DNA of 63,051 bases, the filler included, from Chiloscyllium plagiosum (lineage: Eukaryota), in NCBI RefSeq assembly GCF_004010195.1. It is 4 parts of one record of this genome, joined end to end, with 100 filler letters (N's around TTAATTAATTAA, not from the genome) between each part and the next. Parts side by side here need not be neighbours in the genome. Positions count along the whole stretch, not along the records: positions 1 to 29,882 come from NC_057714.1; 3 more parts are not named here. The stretch is one strand, 5' to 3'. The notes under the pieces were generated by a model. The model saw only the letters and a program-made list of their open reading frames with translations. It was not told where the DNA came from and did no database searches. Positions 1 to 13,620 of this stretch are shown piece by piece. Position numbers and translations under genes: made by a program. Numbering within the stretch: the stretch's first letter is position 1; every line of letters begins with the position of its first letter.

Positions 1-60
1 ATGGAGATGGAGAGGTCCAGGAAGGGGAGGGAGGTGTCAGAGAGGTGTCAGGGTGGGAGG

Positions 61-1828
61 TCTCCCACCCACAGCTTCCAACCTCTTAGCCCGGGAACCC
101 CGCACTGCCGGTTCTACCTTCTTCCCAAGATCCACAAGCCTGACCACCCTGGCGGACCCATTGTCTCAGCATGCTTCTGCCCCACTGAACTCATCTCTAC
201 CTACCTCGACACTGTCCTATCCCCCCTAGTCCAGAAACTCCCCACATACGTTCGAGACACCACCCACGCCCTCCACCTCCTCCAAGACTTCCGTTTCCCC
301 GGCCCCCAACACCTCATCTTCACCATGGATATCCAATCCCTCTACACCGCCATCTGCTAGGACCAGGGTCTCCAAACCCTCCATTTCTTCCTTTCCCGAC
401 ATCCCCACCAGTACTCTTCCACTGACACCCTCATTCGTTTGGCCAAACTGGTCCTCAACCTTAACAATTTCTCCTTTGAATCCTCCCACTTCCTCCAGAC
501 CAAAGAGGTAGCCATGGGCACACGTATGGGCCCCAGCTATGCCTGTCTCTTTGTTGGCTACGTAGAACAGTCGATCTTCCGTAATTACACCTGCACCACT
601 CCCCACCTCTTCCTCCGCTACATTGATGACTGCATTGGCGCCACCTCGTGATCCCGCGAGGAGGTTGAACAATTCATCAACTTCACCAACACATTCCACC
701 CTGACCTTAAATTTATCTGGACCATGTCTGACACCTCCCTTCCCCTCCTGGACCTCTCCATCTCCATTAATGACGACCGACTTGACACCGACATATTTTA
801 CAAATCCACCGACTCCCACAGCTACCTGGATGATACCTCTTCCCACCCTACCACAGCTACCTGGATGATACCTCTTCCCACCCTACCTACTACAAAAATG
901 CCATCCCGTATTCCCAATTCCTCCACCTCCACTATATCTGCTCCCAGGAGGACCAGTTCCACCACAGAACACACCAGATGGCCTCCTTCTTTAGAGACTG
1001 CAATTTCCCTTCCCACGTGGTTAAAGATGCCCTCCAACGCATCTCGTCCACATCCCGCACCTCCGCCCTCAGACCTCACCCCTTCAACCGTAACAAGGAC
1101 AGAACCCCCCTGGTGCTCACCTTCCACTCTACCAACCTTCGCATCAACCACATCATCTGCCGACATTTCCGCCATCTCCAGACAGACCCCACTACCAGGG
1201 ATATATTTCCCTCCCCACCCCTTTCTGCCTTCCACAAAGACTGTTCTCTCCATGACTACCTGGTCAGGTCCACGCCCCCCGACAACCCACCCTCTCATCC
1301 TGGCACCTTCCCCTGCCACCGCAGGAATTGCAAAACCTGCGCCCACACCTCCTCCCTCACCTCTATCCAAGGCCCTAAAGGAGCCTTCCACATCCATCAA
1401 AGTTTTANNNNNNNNNNNNNNNNNNNNNNNNNNNNNNNNNNNNNNNNNNNNNNNNNNNNNNNNNNNNNNNNNNNNNNNNNNNNNNNNNNNNNNNNNNNNN
1501 NNNNNNNNNNNNNNNNNNNNNNNNNNNNNNNNNNNNNNNNNNNNNNNNNNNNNNNNNNNNNNNNNNNNNNNNNNNNNNNNNNNNNNNNNNNNNNCATCCC
1601 CTCCCCCACTCACCTATTGTACTCTATGCTACTTTCTCTCCACCCCCACCCTCCTCTCACTTATCTCTCCACCCTTCAGGCTCTCTGCCTATATTCCTGA
1701 TGAAGGGCTTTTGCCTGAAATGTCGATTTTACTGCTCCTCGGATGTCTACCTGAACTGCTGTGCTTTTCCAGCACCACTCTAATCTAGACTCTGGTTTCC
1801 AACATCTGCAATCATTGTTTTTGCCTAG
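61..1828 (+). mobile_element. Penelope-like retroelement (Neptune-like), disrupted RT plus Cys-rich linker plus 3' pseudo-LTR
   Basis: Motifs FYLLPKIHKP..PIVS, FTMDIQSLYT, AMGTRMGPSYACLFVG, FLRYIDDC, LPLLDL, FYKSTDSHSYL and PCHRRNCKTC across frames. Stops at 358-360 and 649-651, a 35-bp duplication frameshift, and a gap over the GIY-YIG region. Confidence 0.92.
1695..1726 (+). ncRNA. Minimal type I hammerhead ribozyme motif in PLE pseudo-LTR (family A, slightly decayed)
   Basis: CTGATGA-AGGGC TTTT GCCT-GAAATGTC-GA. Confidence 0.7.
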
Positions 1829-2715
1829 TTTAAACTCTCCCCAACCACTCTACCAGTGTGTCCCCCTCAAGGACATAAGACCCAGTCCAGCCCAGGTATA
1901 ACTTGTGCAGTTTTTAACAAGTCCCACCTTCCCCAGAATCTGTCCCAATGCCTGATGAATCTGAAACCCTCCCCCTCAAACCATTTTTTCAGCCACGTGT
2001 TCATCCAATATATCCCACTGTTTCTTCTCTGACTAGGTAGTAATCCAGAGATAATTTCCTTTGAGGTCCTACATGTCAATTTTCTTCCTAGTTCTCTATA
2101 TTCTACTTATAGGACCTCATCTCTCTTTCTAACAATATTATTAGTACCAGCATGTACCACAATCACTGGCTGTTCTCTCTCCCACTCCATGTCGTGCAAC
2201 TGCTCCGCGACATCCAGAAGCTTAGCACTAGGGAGGCAACACGGCATCTCGGACTTTCATTTGTGGCCACAGAAATGTCTATCTATTCCCCTTATGATTG
2301 AATCCCTACAACTATAACACTTCTATGCCTATTTCCCCCACCTTCTGCAGCAAAGCCAAACATGGTGCCATGAATCTGACTGCTGCTGTTATCCCCTTAG
2401 AAGCCATTTCCCTCAACAGTATCCAAAGCGGGATATCTGTTTTGCAAAGGAATAGCCGCAGGAGCACTGTCTGTTCAGCCCTCTGGCTCTGCCTGACGGT
2501 CACCCGTTCCCTCCCTGCCTGTGGAATCTGAATCTGCGGTGTGACCACTTCTCTGTATGTGCTATCCAAGACACACTCCACATTGCAAATGCTCCATAGT
2601 GTCCCCAGACACCGTTCCAACTCCAAAACCTGAGCTTCCAGGAGCTGTAGCTTTGCCTAGCTTCCCACATCGAGCAAGAGGAGCAGGCTACAATTTGAAG
2701 CTCTCCTGCCATGTC
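1829..2715 (-). mobile_element. CR1 LINE ORF1 relic (CxxC zinc finger, coiled coil, SGNH esterase)
   Basis: VACSSCSMWE, IISGLLP, NTWLKKW..EGFRFIRHWDRFWGRWDL; homologous to the ORF1 copies at 22000-22900 and 51018-51920. Confidence 0.85.
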
Positions 2716-4145
2716 TTACCCCTTTAACTTAATTAACACTCACAATGTCAAATACCTTTATTTCCACTTCTGATGTTCTCTGCTCCCATAACAATTTCTC
2801 AAAATTTACCTGTCGCTCACCAACAGTTTGCAGAAACTGGTGAGGCTCATACTCCTTTACCTGCTGGAACACTCACTGCTGAGCTTCCTTTCACAATGTC
2901 CTGTTTTCTCTCCTCTGAACCTTGCCTCTCCTTTGGTTTTGGTCAGAGAAGGAAGGAGGGTAGAAACACTACAAGAACGTAATTTTTGTGGCTAACTGTT
3001 TCTCAACAGCAGGTTCTTCCACGATACCCTTCACACCCACACTAACTGCGAAGTCTAATCCAAAAATGCTAATGAGCAATGTATCAGCACCCTCTCGTTG
3101 GATCTCATTAGAAGAATTCATCAATATCCTCAATTATCAATTCTCCATCAAATTTAAAGTCACACACAAGAAAAACATTAATTTACTCAAAACTACAGTC
3201 CGTCTCAAGGCAATGACCTGGGGTTATGAAACAGCAATACAGCAGGAAAGTGAGCCTGGTATGTCTGGTGAGAGGGAAAATTGCATAAAGGCAAGGAAAA
3301 CAATGCAAGGAATGGGAGCTGTGAACATCCAGGTAGACACAGAATGAATGGACATAATGACAGGTAAGTACTGGTGCAGCTTGAGGTGCGACATTGGAGC
3401 GCAGCAGTATTCTGTAAGTGGATCAAAAATGTGGAGGCTGTCATATGTCAGACACTAATGACCATGGATATCGGGTGCATGTACTTGATGCCCATGTATC
3501 TTCCTTGAGATGTAGATGCCTAGTACTCAACATGGAGGTCCTTTGGATCAAATCACCAAGAACCCGTTCTGACTTCCATGTGGAGTACTCTTGACATCTA
3601 ACTTGTTCAGCATATTTGGTAAGCTTGCAAGCTGAGTACAAATGAGGCAAGTTGTGACATTAATAAGGCGTTTAACACATGATAAGGCCCCTTAATTAAC
3701 AACTCACCACTATCTCACTACAGGAAAAATGCATAAACACTGCAGCAAGTTGCTTGTGATGATAAGATGGGTCTTGTGTGATTCTGACACAAATCTCATC
3801 AGAGCCCACGTCATTTCAGGCCACTAAAAGATTCCATTCAGGGTCTCTGAATTGAAACAGCAGCCCCTCACAGATTCTCTCTCAACTAAGAGATGACTTT
3901 GCACTGACTGATTACAGAGGGTCTAGTGCTATCCAATCCCCAGCTCCTTGAAGGCCCAGAAAATAGGGATTAACAGTATCAGCACCATCCCCTTCTTGGC
4001 CCTCATCCCTTTGGCAGCAGTAGAGTTGCCATTGATCATAAATCTGTTGTTCCTTTTTGGATGACAGCAGCTCTGTTCCTGTTATTCTAGGCCATCTGAA
4101 TTGCTTCCCCCACCAGACATGTAAGATACAATGTGAACATACAAT

Positions 4146-6385
4146 CATATGAACATATGAATTGTGAATAGAAGTTAGCTATTTAATCCTTCAGGCCTGC
4201 TCTACCATTTAGTACAATCATGACTGATCTGCTCGTATTCCAAATTCCGCATTCCCAACCAAACCCAATAATCTTTGATTTCTCTGGCTAACAGAATCTA
4301 TTGCTTGTCTTACAAATATTCAGTGATGCTGCCTCCTCTTCTGAGGCAGAGAGATCTATCCTAAAAGGGTGACTCTTAATATTAAAACAGTGTACCCTAG
4401 TTCTAGACTAGCAGAGAACATCTTTTCAATGTTCAACCTGTCGAGTCAATTCAAGATTTTATCAGCAACAATCAAATCACCACTTGCTCTTCTCAACTCA
4501 AGTGAAAACAAGCCCAATCCAGCGAATAATTTCTCATCAGACAAACTTTATTTCAGGTATCAATCAAGTAAATCTCCTCTGAACTGCCTCCAACATAATT
4601 ACATCCTTCCTGAAATAAGGAGATCACAACTACATGCAGAATTCAAGGTATGGTCTCAACAATTGCATGTGTAATCTAAACATTACATCTTTACTTTTAT
4701 GTTCAATTCCTCTAAAAATAGAACATTCCACAAGTCTGCTTAATGACTTGCTGAATCTGTATACTAACCTTTTGTGACTCATGCACTAGAACACCTGGAT
4801 CCCATGCATCTTAGGTTATTTCTCCAGTTACTTTCCATTTAAATAGTACTCAATTTTTTTCATTCTTCCTGCCAAAGTGAGCAACTTTGCATTTTCCCGC
4901 ATAATTCTCCAACTCATTAATTTCTGCCTACTCACTTAACCCATCCAGATTATTCTGCATCCTTATTACTTCACCTTTATTACATATTTTCCTCCCTATC
5001 TTTGCTACATCTGCAAGTTTAACAACCAGGCCTTTGATCCTCTCATCTAAGTTTTTGATATAAATTGTCAAGGATTCAGCACAGACCCGAGTGACGCCAT
5101 TCGTCGAATCCTGCCAAACAGAAAAAGACCCATTTATGTATAATCTCTGGTTGTTGCCAGCCTGCCTAATTTCTATCCAGCTAGCATGTTATCAACAATA
5201 TCATGAGTTTCAACTTGCCAAAACAAAATTTTATATGGGAACCTTGTGTGATGCTTTCTCGAAATCCAAATATAGTAACTCAACAGTCTCCCTTTGATAA
5301 AGTGCATGTAACTTAGGCCATAAGATACCAGAGTGAAATTAGACCATTTAGCACATCGTCTGCTCCACATTCAATTATGGCTGATGTGTTTCTTAACCAC
5401 ATTCTTCAAAGACGTTCAATAAATTGGTCGAATATGACTTCTTTTTCACAAAACCTTGCTGAAACTTCCGAATTACCTTGAATTTTCCCAAGAACCCAGT
5501 TATATGTTCCTTAATTATCAAAATTTGCAATTTTGCTGTCTGATAGAACTCATGAATTTTGAAAAATTAACATCACAGCATTTATTACATAATTAACCAT
5601 CTCCTTTTTGACCCTAGGATGAAGTCCATCAAGCTTAGAGACTTATTAACCCACAACTCTATCAGTTTGCTCAGTGCCTCTTTCCTACTGATTATAGTTT
5701 GAACAAGTTCCTCTCCTTCTTGAATCTTCTGATTTACAGGAATTACTGGGATATTTCTCTACCCTCTGTATTGAAGACAGAAGCATAATATTTATTCATT
5801 ACATCTTTATTATCTACTAATAACTCCAATTCTGACCCTCTAAGAAGCAACACTCATTTTACTTTTTAGATACTTATGGAAATTCTTGTCATCTGCTTTT
5901 ATATTTCTAGTTAGCTTCCTTGTGCTCTAATTCATTTGTCCTGATTAATCCTTTTGTCATTTTCAACTCTTCTTTGAATTCTGACTAGTTATCTGACTTG
6001 CCTGTCATTTTTATGAAATTATACATTCAATGTCTGAATTTTGATACCTTTCTTAACTTAATTATTCTTCCTTTGGATTTTTTATTATAGTAGAAACATA
6101 TTTATTCTGGATATTTTGAAGTACCCCTTTAAATATCTGCTACTGCTTCTCTATCTCTGAGACTAATATCCCAGTTGACTTCAGATAGCTCAGCTTTCAT
6201 GCGAACATAGCTGGACTGATTTAAGATTAAAATGCTTGTCTAAGATCTACTCTTCCCCCTTTAAAAACTAGATGCAAATTTCAACCATATTATGATTGCT
6301 ACTACTTACCTTTATTTATTCATTAATCAACTTTGTCATATTACTCAATTCCTAGTCTAGTATAGCCTGGCCTTTGTTGGTTCTA
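4146..6385 (-). mobile_element. Old degenerate CR1 LINE (3' end through RT and ORF2)
   Basis: CR1 3'-tail pattern at about 4150-4230; reverse-strand remnants of the RT motifs (YLDFEKA, DVAK, HFGRKN). Confidence 0.75.
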
Positions 6386-6919
6386 GGTTACCATGTCAAA
6401 AGCTGGGATTTCTGGGTCATGAGGTATTTGCATTTGTCCTGCAAGGCCATCTGCAATCTCCTTGCATGAAAAGCAAGAGTGTTCACCAACTACGCTGCAG
6501 CCAACCAATAGCAATGTGAAGGAGCAAAGATCAAGCAAAGGTTACCACAGGCAGTTTCAAAGAAATTTCACGAGGACAAATAATTTTTTTTAGCAGTATC
6601 ACTGGGTGTGTTTTTGATAACAATGCAATAGAAATATTATTCAAAATGGCTTTTAATGCAGCGTTTTAGTGTAGCATGATGTGGAGAACCTTACTCCTGT
6701 TTCTGTGCATAGCTCCCACTCTCCCCAGTCTCTGTTGCATATGCAGGGACAATGCAAACACAGCTCCTTCCCGTTTACATTTTGGTGTGCATAGATGATT
6801 GAATTCACTGCCCTCCCTGAATGGATGCAACAATTCACCAAAAGAGTTCCGAAAGCAAGACTCAGTATGTCCACAAACATTGCCACGACTGAAGTAAGTC
6901 AAAAGGAACTAAATTGCTA

Positions 6920-7007
6920 CACTTCACCTGACAAAGGGGCTACTCTCTAAAAGTTTGTAATTTCAAATGAACCTGTTGGACTATAACCTGGTGTAATGTT
7001 ACTTCTG
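6920..7007 (+). mobile_element. 88-bp PLE pseudo-LTR mini-insertion (decayed HHR plus tail, family C) with 12-bp TSD
   Basis: TSD ACTAAATTGCTA at 6908-6919 and 7008-7019; tail aacctgttggactataacctggtg shared with 14254-14410 and 15484-15638. Confidence 0.8.
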
Positions 7008-7758
7008 ACTAAATTGCTATAGGCCTCTAAATAACGTGAGTAGGTGATCTCTCTAACTGAAAGCATGTTCGTAATAGTAATTAGTACTTGCTAATGTTGG
7101 ATCCATACAATTTTGATTTTAGAGGTCTAAAACTTGGACCAGAGCACATTAACTTGTAATGCATTTTGGTGAAAAAAACAGTGAGTGAAAAATTAGAGAA
7201 TTTCAAAAGACAGGTGAATAGAGTGTAAGCTAGGTACATACCCATGAGAAATAAATACAGGGTATCTAAAGCTTGAATACATTGGATGACTAAGGATGTT
7301 GAAGAGAAAAATGAGGAAATAAAAGGAGGCATATGATGCATACCAGAATAATAATAATAATAGCAATAGAAATCAGGAAAAAATATCTCAAATGCAGAAG
7401 TGAGGCTAAAGCTGGAATAGGGAAGGCTTAGAGGAAGCATGAGGAAAAGATGGCAGGCTGCACCAAAACAAATAGTAAAAGGGCTCTTCAAGCATATTAA
7501 TATAAAACATTAGTAAAAAATATAATGGGCCCATAAGCTGGGTAAGTTTCTTACTAAAGCAAAGGCAAATGTAATAAATGAATGCTTTGCTTCTGAATTT
7601 ATCAAATTAGAAAATGGTGACAATGGCCTAGTTGAAATGTGGGTGGTGGGTAATTGAACAGTTGAGTGATAGATAAAGAAGAGGAGTTAAAAAGGCTAGC
7701 AGCACTCCAGCCGGGAAGTTACCAGTCTCGATGGGATGCAACCTTGATTGCTGAGAGA

Positions 7759-8713
7759 TGTAGTCAGCAGAAGTGGCTACTAGACTGGTGAAGAGCTGCA
7801 ATCAAGCATGCTGGGAATTTTGGTCAAGGTAGTTTAAACTTTGACATCAGATAAACTGCATTCAGGACATGTTGTGACCTGCAGTTTCTTATGTCAACCA
7901 AATAAGGCAGGTTTTGTTTTTAGATTCTCCATAGTATGGAAACAGGCCCTTCAGCCCAACAAGTCCACAATTACTCTGAAGAGTAATCCACCCAGACCCA
8001 TTCCCCTACATTTACATCTGACTAATAACCTATACTATAGGCAATTTAGCATGGCCAATTCACTTGATCTGCACACCTTTGGATTGTGGGAGGAAACTGG
8101 AGCACCCAGAGTTCATAGTTGTTTCTAGATATACCAGGACCATGTTACCTTATGTGGAGCATGGAATATGCCATTTACAACTTAGTGTAATCATTTGGGA
8201 GTCATTTATCAGTAAATTCCATCAGCTATGATCTAAGAATGTGATCAATTTATTACCTGAGTGCTAGAGATCTTTCTGGAAAGGATGTACATTTTCAGAC
8301 AAGTTAACAGAACAAAATAATTTTCTCAGAAGCCTTCCAGACCATAAGTTGAGAAGCACGTTCCCTTAAGTACTCTTCAGAGAGAACAAAGAACCATGAG
8401 GCAAGACCTACATGGAGAATAAAGTTGGTCATTTAACTCAGATTGGGGTAATATTTGTTTCAAGCCATTAAAGTTAAAGTAAGAGTTATGTGGATTGAAG
8501 TTAATTGAAGTGAGTTAAAGCTGGAGTTAAGTTAGGTGAAATAGGAAGTAAATGTTGCAATGAATCTATGTTTTATATTAAATATCGGTACTTAAATAGA
8601 GAATAGCTTGTTTAATTAACTCTTTAAGTTCTGAGTTAGTTCCCTCCCTTTTCTCTGTCACACGAGAAAAGAATACTTGAGTTAAAAGACTGAGTACTCC
8701 TTTTCAGGCAACA
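7759..8713. mobile_element. Candidate solo LTR inserted in CR1
   Basis: Begins TGT and ends ACA, flanks GAGA and GACA, and CR1 sequence is continuous across the two flanks; no ORF. Confidence 0.45.
7921..8110 (-). mobile_element. HE1-type shark SINE (3' part)
   Basis: Reverse complement of the core gtgcaggttaggtgaattggccatgctaaattgcc and of the tail gggcctgtttccatactatg seen in other copies. Confidence 0.88.
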
Positions 8714-9866
8714 GACAGGTTAAGGACCAAATTGTACAGCACTGATAGAAATCTTCCTGTCCTCTCTAAACACTGGATTAATCGCAGGGGTTTAGAGGTT
8801 TGCAAATGAGACACCACTGTTTAAGAAGCTTCAGACTTGTCAGCTTAACATCAATAGTGGGCAAATACATGGAGGCTATAATACAGGATAAGATAAATGT
8901 ACACATAGAGAAAAATAAGTCAACATGGCTTTGCCAAGGGCAGGTCACATCTGACAAATTTGATTGAGTTCTTTGACAAGGTCACACAGTCAGCGGGTGA
9001 GGGTAATGCTGTAGATGTTTCATATTCGAACTTCCAGAAGGCAGTTGATATGGTGTCACATGGCAGGTTGGTTAGCAAATCAGAAATGTTTGGGATTGTT
9101 TCCACTAGTTAATATGTTGGTAACTAGGGCTCACAATTTCAAGATTGTCAGCAAAAGAACTAGGAGTGAGATGAGGAGAAACTTCTCTACTCAGAGAGTT
9201 GTTAGGATTTGGAATGTGCTGCCTGGGAGAGTGATGGAACCTGATTCCAGATGAATTTTCAAAACAGAGCAATGAATTCAGAGGAATACATAGAAAGGGC
9301 TGGAGAATGGGACCTTCTGAGTAACTCTTTCTGGAACTGTACAGACATGGTGGGTCAAATGTCCTCATTCTGTATATACAATTCAATGATTTAAAGTTTC
9401 AGCTGCCTTGCAGTCACTAACCAACCCCTATCATGGGGCATATTTACGACATGCTTGGAGGAACCAGAAACAAATCACTTTTCTTCCTTGGGCCACTTGT
9501 AGCATTCATTTTCTTCCTTGGCAGTCATCCCTTGGGATCAAGGATGCCTTTCTTCAATTCCTTGGTGTGTTCTGAGATGGCTGTTAAGTTCAGTGCACAA
9601 TCTGTGGACTCTGGCACATGCAGGACTGGTGGTGTTTGAGGTAGATGAGGAGATTAGTGCTTTATGTACTCCCTCCAAAGCCTTGACTTTGCCTCTGTGA
9701 GTTGCAATGTTATTTCTTGACATGTATGGTGCCTTCTCAAAAGAACTAGCTCCATTTTAGGCACTCACAAATCAGGACTCCCATGAGTCAGCAGTGATTT
9801 TTTAAAAACTGTTTAGGGGTGTTGATATATCAGTGACATTCCTGAACCCAATTTTGTGCCCTGTAT

Positions 9867-10063
9867 AAAAAAAGAACTGTGAATGCTGTAAATCAGAAAC
9901 AAAAGCAGAAATTGCTGGAAAAGCTCAGCAGGTCTGGCAGCATCTGTGGAGGGAAATCAGAGTTCCGAGGAAGAGTCACTCGACCCAAATGCTAACTCTC
10001 CGACTTTTCTCCACAGATGCTGCCAGACATGCTGAGCTTTTCCAGCAATATCTGCTTTTGTTA
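9867..10063. mobile_element. Palindromic PLE pseudo-LTR mini-element (family D) with central decayed HHR
   Basis: Inverted arms aaaagcagaaattgctggaaaagctcagcaggtctggcagcatctgtggag and ctccacagatgctgccagacatgctgagcttttccagcaatatctgctttt; approximate TSD GTG(C/G)CCTGTAT at 9856-9866 and 10064-10074. Confidence 0.8.
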
Positions 10064-10370
10064 GTGGCCTGTATGTTTGTCTGGGTAGTAACAGTACTAG
10101 GATGTGATACCTATTCATCAGAAAAGAACTGAAAAAAAACTGCGAATATATGGGTGAGCAAATGCTTTGTTCACTTATAGAGAAAATTCCACAACCCATC
10201 CTCTTCCACATCATGATGTTTAATGACTTGGGACCACCACATTCAGTGTGTTTTTGCCAGGGTGAGCATGTCAGCAGTGCAGGAGCACAGTCCACCACCT
10301 TCCCGCATAGTTCCAAGCTCACACCTCTCCCCCCCCCCCCCCCCCCACAATATGGAGGGTGGAAGGGTAT

Positions 10371-10905
10371 TGTTATGGGGAAAATCACTAGGCTCAGAGT
10401 CAGAGTCAGGGTTCAATGACGGAGTTTATTGTGCAAGGAAATACCGGACCTCCCGGGAAAGAAAGACACCAACAGCACGGTGGTCAACTGTGATTCTTCT
10501 CTCCCCCAGAGCACATGTTAAGAAACTTTTCTTCATCTTGTGATACAATAGGTCAGTGATGAGATTATTGCTTTTGTAACATGATTTGTTTATGGCAATC
10601 ATTGCAGAATCATTGATAGCTTTGATACAGTTATTGTCAGTTCCAGTGTAGCCTTTGTTAATTTCAGTGCGGTTGTTGTCAGTTTCAATGTCTGTGCGGA
10701 AACCCTTTGCTGAGGTAATGGGTGCTAATCGCTTTTCCTGAGAAGGACGATTACTGCAGCCCTGGCTATTAGCACTCTGTATTGAGTCTGTATCAAACAG
10801 TCAGCATTTCTATCAAAGATGTTGGCTGGACCCAGACATTTCGATGGGCGGTGTACGTTACTCATGTGTATTCTCTCCTTCACCCACCTTAAACTAATCA
10901 ACTAG
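10371..10905 (-). mobile_element. Possible solo LTR or unclassified repeat
   Basis: Starts TGTTATG, has a reverse AATAAA about 55 nt inside, and differs in composition from its flanks; no clear TSD. Confidence 0.25.
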
Positions 10906-11429
10906 ATTGCAAGTGCATTGTGCTGGCATTCTGGTGGTCCCTGGCAGTATCTGTATTTGCTCAGCTGTCTCTCTCCATATTGTGGTCCGGCAGCCACCTA
11001 ATGAGCCAAGTGACCAACAGATGGCTCAGTGGCCATCTTGCATGTCCATGTGCCCAATGTCACCCTGTCCCATGCCATCTCCCACTTCAAAATAAAAATT
11101 TTAAGATGATCCCAATATTACCCAGCTGATGTCATAATGTAGTTGGCAGTGGGTGGAAGTAGATAGCTCATTTGTTTTTATAAGTTTCTAAAAGTGCAAT
11201 AGGAAGGGGATTGTGTGCTTGGAGGGTGTCCTTTGTACATTGGGGGCTTTCCTCCAGAAAATAGTCATGCTTCTTTCCTCCTCATGTGGACTGGATACCA
11301 ATTTTGCTTTAGTTTTCCCCTCCCCCACCCCCAACTAACATGACTAAACCCACCTTGTCCAATATTCATCACTTATGTAGGTATAGGATCAATTGAAGCC
11401 TTCACTCTGGGACTCGCCCACCTCATCCT

Positions 11430-13620
11430 TGCCGACCAGATATCTCAACCCAATCTAGTCCCACCTGCCAGCTCCCGGCCCATATCCCTCCAAACCCTTA
11501 CTATTCATTTACCCATCCAGATGCCTTTAAATGTTGCAATTACACTAGCCTCCACCACTTCCTCTGGCAGCTCATTCCATACACGTACTACCCTCTCCGT
11601 GAAAATGTTGCCCCTTAGGTCTCTTTTATATCTTTCTCTTCTCCCCCTAAACGTCTGCCCTCTAGTCCTGGACTCCCCCAACCCTGAGAAAAGACTTTGT
11701 CTATTTATCCTATCCAAGCCCCTCATGATTTTATAAACTTCTATATAGTCATGCCTCAGCTTCTGACACTCCAAGTTAAATAGCCCAGCCTATTCAGCTT
11801 CTCTCTATAGCTCAAATCCTCCAACCCTGTCAATATCCTTGTAAATCTTTTCTAAACTCTTTCAAGTTTCACAACATCCTTCCTATAGGAGGGAGACCAG
11901 AATTGCACACAATATTCCAAAAATTGCCTGACCAATGTCCTGTACAGCCACAACATCACCTCCCAACTCCTATACTCAATGCTCTGACCAATAAAGGAAA
12001 GCATACCAAACACCTTTGTCACTATCCTATCTACTTGAGACTTCACTTTCAAGGAACTATGAACCTGCACTTCAAGGTCTCTTTGTTCAATAACACTCCC
12101 CAGGACCTTACCATTAAGTGTATACGTCCTGCTCTGATTTGCCTTTTCAAAATCCAGCACCTCATATTTATCTAAATTAAACTGCATCTGCCACTCCTCA
12201 GCCCATTGTCCCATCTGATCAAGATCCTGTTGTATTGAGATAACCTTCTTCGCTGTCCACCACACCTCCAATTTGGTGTCATCTGCAAACTTACTCACTA
12301 TACCTCCTATGTTCAGATCCAAATCATTTATATAAATGACAAAAAGCAGTGGACTCAGCACTGATCCTTGTGGCACTCCACTGGTCACAGGCCTCCAAGT
12401 CTGAAAAGCAACCCTTCACCACCACTCTCTGTCTTCTATCTTCGAGCCAGTTCTGTACCCAAATGGCTAGTTCTCTCTGTATTCCATGTGATATAACCTT
12501 GCTCACCAGTCTAGCATTAGGAACCTTGTCGAACACCTTACGGAAGTCCATATACATCACATCCACTGCTCTGTCCTGGTCAATCCTCTTTGTTACTTCT
12601 TCAAAAGACTCAATCAAGTTAGTGAGACATGATTTCCCATGCACAAAGCCATGTTGACTATCCCTAATCAGTTTTTGCCTTTCCAAATTCATGTAAATCC
12701 TGTCCCTCAGGATTCCCTCCAATAACTTGCCCACCATCAATGTCAGGCTCACCGGTCTATAGTTCCCTCGCTTTTCCTTACCTTCTTTCTTAAATAGTGG
12801 CACCATGTTAGCCAACCGCCAGTCTTCCTGCACCTCACCTAAATATCTCAGCAAGAGGCCCAGCAATCACCTCCCTGGCTTACCACAGGGTTCTAGGTTT
12901 CACCCGATCAGGTCCTGGGGATTTATCCACCTTTGTGTTTTAAGACATCCAGCACCTCTTCTGTAATATGAACATTTTTTCAAGATGTCATTATCTATAA
13001 CTCCACATTCTGTATCTTCCATGTCCTTCTTTACAGTAAACACTGATGCAAATTACTCATTTAGTATCTCCCCATCTCCTGCGGTTCCACACAAAGACTG
13101 TGTTGCTGATCTTTGTGGGATCCTATTCTATCCCTAACTACCCATTTGGCCTTATTGTATTTATAAAATCCCTTTGGATTCTCAATAATCCTAATAGCCA
13201 AAGCTATCTTATGTCCCCTTTTTGCCCTCCTGATTTATCTTAAGTATGTTCCTACTGCCTTTATACTCTTCTAAGGTTTCACTCGATCTCTGTTGTCTAT
13301 ACCTGACGTATGCTTCCTTCTTTTTCTTGACGAAAACCTCAATTTCCCTAGTCATCCCCACAGCTACCAGCCTTGCCTTCAGCCCTAACAGGAACATGCT
13401 TCTCTGGAATCTCGTTACCTCATTTTTGAAGCCTTCCCATTTTCCAGCCTTCCCTTTACCTGTGAACATCCGCACCCAATCAACGTTTGAAAGTTCTTCC
13501 CTAATAACATCAAATTGGCCTTCCTCCAATTTAGAACTTCAACTTTTAGATACGGTCTATCCTTTTCCATCGCTATATTCCATCGCCCAAAGTGCTCCTC
13601 CACTGACACTTCAGTCACTT
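11430..13620 (-). mobile_element. CR1 (HER1-type) LINE ORF2, frameshifted
   Basis: NYRPVSLT, QHGFVHGKSCLTNLIE, YMDFRKVFDKVP, SGVPQGSVLSPLLFVIYINDL, KFADDTK, LEYCVQFWSP; 3' UTR at the left end. Confidence 0.95.

Larger units (their letters stand above)
7080..9390 (+). mobile_element. Old CR1 LINE ORF2 and 3' fragments, interrupted by the insertion at 7759-8713
   Basis: QHGFAKGRSHLTNLIEFFDKVT and NFQKA motifs at 8920-9070; CR1 3' region at 9110-9390. Confidence 0.75.

Noticed and set aside
226..846. 206-aa minus-strand ORF and similar antisense ORFs over PLE and CR1 copies
   Set aside because: Antisense shadow frames of retroelement coding sequence with biased composition
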